Part shown: positions 37,069 through 47,440 of the stretch, piece after piece | Layout of the letters: every line of letters starts with the position of its first letter | How positions within the stretch are numbered: position 1 is the first letter of the stretch | DNA from: Octopus vulgaris | Lineage: Eukaryota | NCBI GenBank assembly: GCA_951406725.2 | Contig: OX597817.1 | Span: forward strand, 159,464,001-159,528,000 | Direction: 5' to 3' | DNA: 64,000 nt | Translations under genes and position numbers: made by a program | Notes under the pieces: generated by a model | Seen by the model: the letters and a program-made list of their open reading frames with translations, nothing else | Database searches by the model: none | Told to the model about the DNA's origin: nothing

Positions 37069-40000
37069 ATATATGTATATATATATATATACACACACAC
37101 ACCAAAAAAGAGATGAATATATTCTTTTAATTGGCATAAAAAATAAAAATGACTGAAAGAGCAAGAGTCATTTTCGTAAGTTTATTTTGCTATTGACTCC
37201 AACATATATTCGTGCACACATTGGACTCTCCAGAAAATATTGTCAAATAATTGTCTCAGCTACTCAAGTAAATGACTCAGTCATTTAAATTTAAAAACTT
37301 TCAAAGACTCCTGTACACACACATTATATAAATTTGTATACTGGTATGGTATCTACTTATCCACATTTTTCTAAAACACTTGAATCAAAGACAGCAGTAG
37401 AATATACCTTGCAATGGGATCAAACTTGGATCTCATAACCACATATACACACAAATATTCCTTCACTCAACATGTTCCCCCCCCCCCAATGTTAGCAAAA
37501 GCCCTGCATGTGTGTATCCATGAGTGGTTAAGTGGCATGCATAAAACTACCAACCCTTGTGTCACTTTGTATTTTCTGCTGATTAAAAATAAATATATAA
37601 TACTCATGTACTGAGCTCTATTTATCCTGTTTGTTCTACCAAGCCCACATGCATAGTTGTTTTACCTCCACTTTGAATGTGTTGCATGGAATCTGTGAAG
37701 AGCTGCCAGTGCGTACACACACACATAGGCATGGTGATGCAAACAAGAAAAATAGAACTCAAAATATGAATATATGTACATTTTATTAATATTCTGCAGA
37801 AGCAACAAAGTGATTCAAGGCCCAAGAGTTTCGTGCACTGGCACTTATCAAAGTTATAAGTGCTAATGCATGAAATTCTTGGACCACAAGTCACTTTGTT
37901 GCCTCTGCTAAATATTAACAAATATATATACATATACATACATATATAAATACACACACACAATAAGCTTCCACATTCAATTACAAGGCTTTGGTCTGCC
38001 TGGGGCTGTAATAGAAGGCTCAAGGTGTCATGCATTCACAACATGGCACCTTGACCAAGAATCCAAAACCATGTGTTTGGAAATCAATTTAACTGCACAG
38101 CCATGCCTGTACCTAAAGAGGTAAAGAAGTTTCTACCTAGTCTCTTTACCACTGAATAATGGTAGACTGGGTCTCAACATCTGTAGAGAAATCTAATGCC
38201 CTGTTTCTTGGCATTAGCCCATTCTTCTTGGACTTAATGAACCACATCCTCTTTTGCATTGACAGGAGTTTGCCAAATCTGAACAAGGTGGTTCCAGACA
38301 AAAAGTACGAATGAAAGAATGGGATGCTATTTTGCTAACATCAAAATTAGATTGTTAAAAAACAACTGTAATAATCAACAGGTGAATGCTTTATATTATC
38401 CACACATGTGGTGTTGATTTGTAACACTGACAATTTATTGAACGGTTACAAATTATGAAAAAAGTGCCATTGAGATTGTGTACCGATATCTATGCTTCAT
38501 GCAAATGCCGTTGGAATTACAATAACTTTTGACTTGCATCTTCTGATTGTTTCCTCCTAACTCTCAATAAAATACATATTTTTAAACGAAAATTTACAAA
38601 AGCTTGGTTTTTGAGAGTGCAGATTATGTAATACCGATGATTCAGAAATATAAATCTAAAGAAAAAAAGCAAAAAGTGCTTAGATTAACGAAATAGGGAG
38701 AGGGAGTTGGGACGAATTATCCGAAAGTCCCCTCACCACCACCAAAAAAACAGTTTCCTTTTTCTATAAATTTCATAGGCATAATCAAAAATCTACACCC
38801 GCTCTGCAAAATTTTATTTAAAAATTACGTATTTTTTTTCTTCAATAAGTTATGAGAAAACGAACTAGTGGGAGGCACCAATCTGTAGTTATGCTGAAAT
38901 TACATGAACTTTCCCTGCCATTTTAAATGCCAGTTGTTTTCGAAAGCACTTGCAGATCCACAGAATAATGAAACGATCATTTATCTCAATGAATAATCTG
39001 TTGGGGAGCCAGTCGGTTTTAGCTCCTACCAAAAGGACCAGATGGTACGACATTGCGCCCGAGAAGTAGGGGGCGCTTTCTACTCTAGGATGTCACTGTG
39101 GTAGATTCTTTTGCTTGTTGCACGCCAAGTCGGTGTTGTTCTAATGAGATCAGTAAAACAAATAAACACTTCTAAACTATCAGTATTATCTACTAATCGT
39201 ACTTTTTAACCACTGGCATTTACAGCCCTTTGCTTTATTTTTGATATTAAATTTATTCAAACAAGAGTGGATAGCGAGAAAGCACGCATGGCTTCATTGA
39301 GGACTATGCTAGCCATTACTGCAATGTCCACCTCTCGTCTCCGCTACTCTAGTTTTATATATTTTAAAACCATCTACATATTTTATATATGAGTTGTCTA
39401 TATGTAACAATTAAGTATATAAAGATATTGTGGACAATTCGACAATGTAATAGTAAGCTGCTATGAGATTCCCAGTGGAATGTGGATGACGCTACACGTT
39501 GATGATGTAGAATATAGTTGATAAAGCAATTTTATAATAAACTGAGAATTCAACGAAAAACAATCGTTTTAGAAAAATACACTGATTCTGTAAGTAAAAT
39601 TGCCGTACTTGCGCCTGTAATATAGAATACACGCTACCATACGACTACACACTCACACAAAAGAGATATTAAAATTCATTTGTTAAAACTAAATTTTAAT
39701 TTAGAAAATTGATTGAAAAAGAAAAAAGAGAAAACTCTCGAGGATTGCTGTTGAAAAAGTTGTCATATATTTCTGATTTAAAGAAGAAAAAAAAAAGTGA
39801 TACAACCCAAATGACCAAATTAGATTTGCAGTATCAGTTAACACTAGTTCAAGCAGTAATAACTGCTGACTAAGAGACTTTATTTATCTCCCTTAAGCTA
39901 CATCCCTACATACTTATATTACCATGCAAGAATGTCTGTCTATTATATTACTGGGAACTGGTAGGGCCTGAAATTTTGGGGAAAAAATGATATTACAAGA

Positions 40001-42469
40001 CTTATTAAAACTGTTGAATCAAACTTAAGATGAATTTAGTATAATTAAACCGTGGCTGTTTGTATATAAATGTTATTGGTATTTGCTCTTAATTAGCTCA
40101 CAGAGTCACAGACATAATGAATAGTGATAAATATTAAGATAATAATACCATAGAGATTATTTAAAAAAAAATTAAACATATATTATATCTTTATATAATT
40201 AAAATGTAAGGATACTGAAAAGAAAAAAAAACATGGCATAAAATGGAGTTATTTCCCTTAGATTAAAATAAGTTTTATATTGACAATTCACGGGACGAGC
40301 ACACACACACACACACACAGGACGCAATAATATTCTTCTGTACTTGACGAAACAGCATTAAATGGTTTGGTGTTATTTTTTATAAATGAACAAGTTAATG
40401 GTTCTATTAAACGTAGTTATATACATGCACGTCTACCATTAAATATCACCTGAAGAATGACTATAACCCGAAATTTTAAGAACTGGACAGCCATGAAACG
40501 ATCGTAGTGTTATACTAATCATCTTTTTTTTAATAATTTTGATATATATTTAAAATAATATAAATTAATTAATCTTATGTATTGGCTTGAGTTTTTCATT
40601 GTATGATTTGCCTAATAGTGGTTTTATCTCTAATTTAATATAATATAATATAATATATATATATATATAACAAATTACAAAGTAATTACTAAAGAACTAA
40701 CGACACAAGCTTTAAAAAAATGTTAAACATAAAACGTTTAGAAGGAACTTAGAAATATATTGAATTTCTTGACGACTAAACAAACTAGAACATGATCGAT
40801 AATGTTAGAATGATAAACTATTGGTAATGAATGAATGAATGTAGGTACATCGAAAAGTGGTATGTAAGGTAACTGTTTTAATAAGGAAAAACAAAAGAAG
40901 AGGGGGAGGAAAAAAAGGGGCCCCCCTAAAGGACTAGGAGTGATGATGATTGAAGGGAAGCAGTTTGAGGGGGGGGGTATGTATTGAGTTTAAATTGTTG
41001 CTCTACGAAGTAGCGGTATCAACATCGGAGAGGCTGTGAGTGAATGAGGGAATGCCACGATGACGTAATCACCATGTGGTCTGTGACGTTGAGAGGTTAT
41101 ATAAATACTTTATGCACATGTCCAAACATAACGCACGTGCTTTACATTCAACAGGTTCGAGACTCTGTTCTAACCAACATGTTGGACACAAAACTGCGGA
41201 AAGGGAGGGTGATAGGCGAGGAGCCGAAGGTTGCATTTTTTTAACAGTTATTTCCAGTTTAGACGATTACAGTACAAAAAAAAAAAAAAAGTTTTCAACA
41301 ACAAAAGTTGTAAGTGATGTTAGATCAGAAAGTTTAAACAATGATGTAATTTTAAGATTAAAAATTTTAATTTTTCATAACAATTGGATAAATAAGCAAT
41401 AATGATGAGCACATTTCACTCAGTTCACTGAAAATGATAAATACAAAACGAGAAAAAAAAGCAACACCAAAGCGCTAAAGTTTAGTGCACATTCAAGAAA
41501 GCAAAAACAGCAAAGTTTTGCCTGGACAAAGAATTAGATTTAAAAGTTCAAAATATTAATACCATTCATAAACTATTTACTTTATCACTTGCATATTACT
41601 AAAAGATTTAAGCTGGGATTTTTTTTCATAAATTTATACATGATGTTATCTGTTAATGGACTGAGAATCAAACAGGCCCTCGAGAAACGGAAATGTATAA
41701 TTAATTACTCTAATTATAACCAATTAAAAAAAAAATTATTGAGTAAGGTAAAGATAGGCATACGTGTATCACGGTAGAAATTGGTCTGATTGAAGCGAAT
41801 CAAACATTAATGGATAAACATGGTGCCAGCCATACTTGTAAGTCAGTACAGCGGTTGTAAAAAGTTGTTTAGCGAAGGGTGCTTTAATAGACGAAACAGC
41901 TGGAAAATTGCCGCAATTATGATGAAGAAATGAAAAATTGGGATTAAAAAAAAGCAAACCTAAGACATTACCTACCTCAGATGAAGTTTTGTTTAGAATT
42001 AAGACCAGAATTTTTAATCATTTGCATGTATTTAGTCAGTAAAAGTACACTGGATCGCTAAACATTTTTTTAGCCTGCTACGTACACAAGACTCTCCTAC
42101 CCTCACTCTATCTCTGGCACACACACATTCACACCCCAATGTTGTTTTTAACCGTTACTCAGCTCTCTACCTCTGTGCAAGAATGAAGACCCACATGGAA
42201 GGTATATATATTAATAAAACTAAAATAATAAAAATTATCACAAACTTACTTTATCGAAATTACTGTGTTTTCGCATTTTTCAACACGTTGGGCTTAACTC
42301 CTGTTCAGGTAAGTCTTGTATGATGTAGGTTTCAGAATACATGAATATTCATTACATACCATATATATATGTGTATATAAATATATATACATATATAAGT
42401 ATATATACATATATATTTATATATACATATAATATATATATGTATGTATGTATATTGAAAAAAAACAAA

Positions 42470-43630
42470 CAATAAGCTAACCAGCGCTTTTGTGGTGTTA
42501 GTTCCGCTGCTTTGCACTGGTTCGACTAATGTGATCAGGCGGTTGGGTTTTAGCGACTGCAAGTTATAAATCCGTCGTTAGTGGCTAAATTAAATATAAT
42601 AGCGCGTAGTATGCCAGCTGTCCGAGAGTAATTCGTCCTGCTACAAGCATTGGCTGGAATCGTAGCCCGAAAACCTGCAGCCATGCTGCACAGGGCGGGC
42701 AGTTGAGAAGAAGGTTACTACTACTACTACTACTACTAGAACTACAACAACGACGACCACCACCACCACTACTACGACGACTACTACTACTACCGACTAC
42801 TACTACTACCGAGTTGGCCAGCTTACTTTACTTACAAGCAAGTTTCCGCAGCTCACTGAATGAAGTTCTCGAACTACGGTACTATTTACTTACAAGCTAC
42901 GTACACTCGCACTTGCTAGGTGGCCGAGAAGCAGCGAATTTTGAAGAGAAATAGTTTCAACAAGACGCAAACCACTTCTACAACTTTACCAACTGGAGCA
43001 TTGTGATGTGATTAAGAATAAATCATTACTACTTCCTCCTCTACTTGATTAACATACTCGCAGCCAGAGCCGCCGGGGAGAAGAAGCACAAAACTACAGA
43101 AATACAGCGCATGCACGCAGTAAGGCGGACAACCGTTATTCTACTACTGCCGGCACCACCACTTGGACGTGCATCAGTTAAACAGTGAGGGTGGGGGGAG
43201 AGAAAGGAAGGAAGGAAGAAATAAAGAAAGGATGGATGGAGGCCGGTGAGGGAGAGAGAGGTGGGGTCGAACAGAGGCAGTCAGTGAAGCGAAGAGTACC
43301 AACAGCACGCAATAACAACATTCGAAATACAGGACGTTATTGCTAGGAGAAACGCAAGGCCTTGGTTGGTATCTCGCAACATCAAGAGAGAGAGAGAGAA
43401 TAAAATACACGATGCACAGCTGGTGGATTGATCGGGCAAAATGCCGAGCTGTCAACTTGCAAATTTGCTACACAATCTGTGTTGTTGTTGTGTGCTTACA
43501 AGCGATTATTTCGCATTTAATTGTCGTGGTCCCGGTTTTGCACACGCGAACAGACGTAGGTACTCGATACTCGAGATCCTACGAGGTGACTTGCGCATGC
43601 GCAGTGCAGAATTCGCGCGTGCGCGTTAAA
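42470..43630. promoter_or_regulatory. CpG-rich promoter-like region with NRF1 site (left copy)
   Basis: TE-free and CpG-dense relative to the AT-rich background. It has a perfect TGCGCATGCGCA (NRF1 consensus) at 43592-43603, a second gcgcatgc near 43107, purine-rich tracts and a (CTA)n microsatellite. Direction and TSS cannot be determined. Confidence 0.55.
42716..42810. repeat. Compound (CTA/CGA/CCA)n microsatellite
   Basis: Direct reading. The mirrored copy at about 47106-47194 has a shorter CCA run. Confidence 0.9.
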
Positions 43631-43984
43631 CCCCCCCCCCTAAAAAAAAAGGTGTTGGATTTCACTAAAAATATATGTGTGTGTGTGTGTGTATATATAA
43701 CATTTTCAATTTTACACAAAAAAATTACATAGTCGCTTTCCTCGCGGATTTACAGAGAAATGAATTAATTACTATTTTACAGAATAAAATTAATGAATTA
43801 ATTATATAAATTAAATAATTCTTGAAAATTAATTAATATTAATAATATTTTTTGAACAAAGTAAATAATTTATAAAACTTGGTTAATAATTTTTTTTACA
43901 CAAACGCGAACGTATATAATTTGTGAAACTTTTTTTTTTTTACAGACGTATATAATTTGGTAAACTTAATGAATTAATTTCTTC

Positions 43985-44404
43985 TCATCATCATCATCGT
44001 TTAACGTCCGTTCTCCATGCCAGCATGGGTTGGACGGTTCGACCGGGGATCTGGGAAGCCAGAAGGCTGCACCAGACTCCAGTCTTATCTGGCAATGTTT
44101 CTACAGCTGGATGCCCTTCCTAACGCCAACCACTCCGAGAGTGTAGTGGGTGCTTTTTACATGCCACCCGCACAGGTGCCAGGCGAGGCTGGCAACGGCC
44201 ACGGTCGGATTGGTGCCAGTCGAGGCGGCTCTGGCATCGGCCACGATTCGGATAGTGCTTTTTACGTACCACCAGTCCAGGGGTCCTGGCATTTGCCGGG
44301 TGCCACACTTGCCCCAACATGTCTTCGCAAGCAAAGGGGGTTGGCATGGGTGCCTGTCGTGGGATGAGGTTCGATATCAACTTCGCTTGCCTCAACAGGT
44401 CTTT
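43985..44404 (-). mobile_element. RTE 3'UTR fragment near the palindrome centre
   Basis: tcatcatcatcatcgtttaacgtccg ... gcctcaacaggtctt, homologous to the 3'UTR in 32520-32950. Confidence 0.85.
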
Positions 44405-44785
44405 GTGTATAAATGTATAAATTTTTCGCACTAAATTCTTTCCGTAGAATTTATAAAAAAACGCGCAAAATTATTCCGTAGACTTTATCAAATTAAAAAA
44501 CGCAAAATTAATATATTTTTTGAAATTGCAAATTATTTAGAATATAAAACAAATTAAGTTAAATTTTAAAAATAAATGTCATATACTTATACTCTGTAAG
44601 GTGCTGTGTTCACACTTCAATTTACTATTTTCTAGAAATGTTGCTTTTCTAATTGAAACAATTTTTCTCAATCTCCATTTAAAAGTCCATAATGCCTCTT
44701 GAGCCATATCAAAATGAACAACTTTGAATTACCCGGTGGTGGTGGTGTGAGGTTCTAATTTTTTTTCTGATCTCTCTTTGCCCCC

Positions 44786-44851
44786 CCTAGATGGAGGTGT
44801 GGTGGGGAGACAGATGAAAGATGTTTCATTCTCTACTATATATGTATATAT

Positions 44852-44882
<31 letters not shown>

Positions 44883-45093
44883 TATATATATATATTTCTT
44901 AAACCTACACGATATAGTCTATAAATTTGGGATGTTTTTGAAAGATAATATATTTTGTCATCAGAATATATATACTTTCTCACACTACAATTAAGATATA
45001 TTTATTTTAAATCGTTCATCTTTTCCCGCGACAACAAAAATTGGGCGCGAAAATTTTTCTAAATATTAGCTGAATGAACAACTGAGATAAAGA
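44786..45093. other. Unique 308-bp spacer (loop) of the giant palindrome
   Basis: Arm complementarity ends at ...ctctttgccccc (44785) and gggggcaaagag (45094). The spacer contains a (TA)n tract at about 44847-44895 and E2F-type motifs at 45022-45029 and 45045-45052. Confidence 0.92.
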
Positions 45094-45474
45094 GGGGGCA
45101 AAGAGAGATCAGAAAAAAAATTAGAACCTCACACCACCACCACCGGGTAATTCAAAGTTGTTCATTTTGATATGGCTCAAGAGGCATTATGGACTTTTAA
45201 ATGGAGATTGAGAAAAATTGTTTCAATTAGAAAAGCAACATTTCTAGAAAATAGTAAATTGAAGTGTGAACACAGCACCTTACAGAGTATAAGTATATGA
45301 CATTTATTTTTAAAATTTAACTTAATTTGTTTTATATTCTAAATAATTTGCAATTTCAAAAAATATATTAATTTTGCGTTTTTTAATTTGATAAAGTCTA
45401 CGGAATAATTTTGCGCGTTTTTTTATAAATTCTACGGAAAGAATTTAGTGCGAAAAATTTATACATTTATACAC

Positions 45475-45894
45475 AAAGACCTGTTGAGGCAAGCGAAGTT
45501 GATATCGAACCTCATCCCACGACAGGCACCCATGCCAACCCCCTTTGCTTGCGAAGACATGTTGGGGCAAGTGTGGCACCCGGCAAATGCCAGGACCCCT
45601 GGACTGGTGGTACGTAAAAAGCACTATCCGAATCGTGGCCGATGCCAGAGCCGCCTCGACTGGCACCAATCCGACCGTGGCCGTTGCCAGCCTCGCCTGG
45701 CACCTGTGCGGGTGGCATGTAAAAAGCACCCACTACACTCTCGGAGTGGTTGGCGTTAGGAAGGGCATCCAGCTGTAGAAACATTGCCAGATAAGACTGG
45801 AGTCTGGTGCAGCCTTCTGGCTTCCCAGATCCCCGGTCGAACCGTCCAACCCATGCTGGCATGGAGAACGGACGTTAAACGATGATGATGATGA
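45475..45894 (+). mobile_element. RTE 3'UTR fragment (mirror of 43985-44404)
   Basis: Ends cggacgttaaacgatgatgatgatga. Confidence 0.85.
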
Positions 45895-46249
45895 GAAGAA
45901 ATTAATTCATTAAGTTTACCAAATTATATACGTCTGTAAAAAAAAAAAAGTTTCACAAATTATATACGTTCGCGTTTGTGTAAAAAAAATTATTAACCAA
46001 GTTTTATAAATTATTTACTTTGTTCAAAAAATATTATTAATATTAATTAATTTTCAAGAATTATTTAATTTATATAATTAATTCATTAATTTTATTCTGT
46101 AAAATAGTAATTAATTCATTTCTCTGTAAATCCGCGAGGAAAGCGACTATGTAATTTTTTTGTGTAAAATTGAAAATGTTATATATACACACACACACAC
46201 ACATATATTTTTAGTGAAATCCAACACCTTTTTTTTTAGGGGGGGGGGT

Positions 46250-47440
46250 TTAACGCGCACGCGCGAATTCTGCACTGCGCATGCGCAAGTCACCTCGTAG
46301 GATCTCGAGTATCGAGTACCTACGTCTGGCGCGCGCGCGCGAATTCGCGTGTGCAAAACCGGGACCACGACAATTGACAAGTACCGGGTATGTGTATTAA
46401 ATGCGAAATAATGCTTGTAAGCACACAACAACAACACAGATTGTGTAGCAAATTTGCAAGTTGACAGCTCGGCATTTTGCCCGATCAATCCACCAGCTGT
46501 GCATCGTGTATTTTATTCTCTCTCTCTCTCTTGATGTTGCGAGATACCAACCAAGGCCTTGCGTTTCTCCTAGCAATAACGTCCTGTATTTCGAATGTTG
46601 TTATTGCGTGCTGTTGGTACTCTTCGCTTCACTGACTGCCTCTGTTCGACCCCACCTCTCTCTCCCTCACCGGCCTCCATCCATCCTTTCTTTATTTCTT
46701 CCTTCCTTCCTTTCTCTCCCCCCACCCTCACTGTTTAACTGATGCACGTCCAAGTGGTGGTGCCGGCAGTAGTAGAATAACGGTTGTCCGCCTTACTGCG
46801 TGCATGCGCTGTATTTCTGTAGTTTTGTGCTTCTTCTCCCCGGCGGCTCTGGCTGCGAGTATGTTAATCAAGTAGAGGAGGAAGTAGTAATGATTTATTC
46901 TTAATCACATCACAATGCTCCAGTTGGTAAAGTTGTAGAAGTGGTTTGCGTCTTGTTGAAACTATTTCTCTTCAAAATTCGCTGCTTCTCGGCCACCTAG
47001 CAAGTGCGAGTGTACGTAGCTTGTAAGTAAATAGTACCGTAGTTCGAGAACTTCATTCAGTGAGCTGCGGAAACTTGCTTGTAAGTAAAGTAAGCTGGCC
47101 AACTCGGTAGTAGTAGTAGTCGGTAGTAGTAGTAGTCGTCGTAGTAGTGGTGGTCGTCGTTGTTGTAGTTCTAGTAGTAGTAGTAGTAGTAGTAATCTTC
47201 TTCTCAACTGCCCGCCCTGTGCAGCATGGCTGCAGGTTTTCGGGCTACGATTCCAGCCAATGCTTGTAGCAGGACGAATTACTCTCGGACAGCTGGCATA
47301 CTACGCGCTATTATATTTAATTTAGCCACTAACGACGGATTTATAACTTGCAGTCGCTAAAACCCAACCGCCTGATCACATTAGTCGAACCAGTGCAAAG
47401 CAGCGGAACTAACACCACAAAAGCGCTGGTTAGCTTATTG
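46250..47440. promoter_or_regulatory. CpG-rich promoter-like region with NRF1 site (right copy)
   Basis: Mirror of 42470-43630 with TGCGCATGCGCA at 46276-46287. It carries two extra segments absent from the left copy. Confidence 0.55.

Larger units (their letters stand above)
25906..44785. repeat. Left arm of giant inverted duplication (minimum extent)
   Basis: Reverse complement of 45094-64000. Mirrored ORFs pair throughout (25978..26238 with 63668..63928, 32013..32435 with 57471..57893, 44017..44367 with 45512..45862). Coordinate sums drift only from 89906 to 89879. Confidence 0.97.

Noticed and set aside
42703-42954. ORF with poly-L/P/T runs resembling a signal peptide
   Set aside because: It is a translation of the (CTA)n microsatellite with a non-ATG start.
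44017-44434. Four overlapping ORFs of 77-116 aa (mirrored at 45445-45862)
   Set aside because: They lie within a GC-rich RTE 3'UTR fragment and have no protein signature.
44770-45110. atctctct ... agagagat near the inner arm ends resembles the PacBio SMRTbell adapter stem
   Set aside because: Only about 8 bases match, the adapter loop sequence is absent, and 308 bp of genomic-looking spacer intervenes. It is not evidence of an adapter chimera, though read-level checking is still advised.
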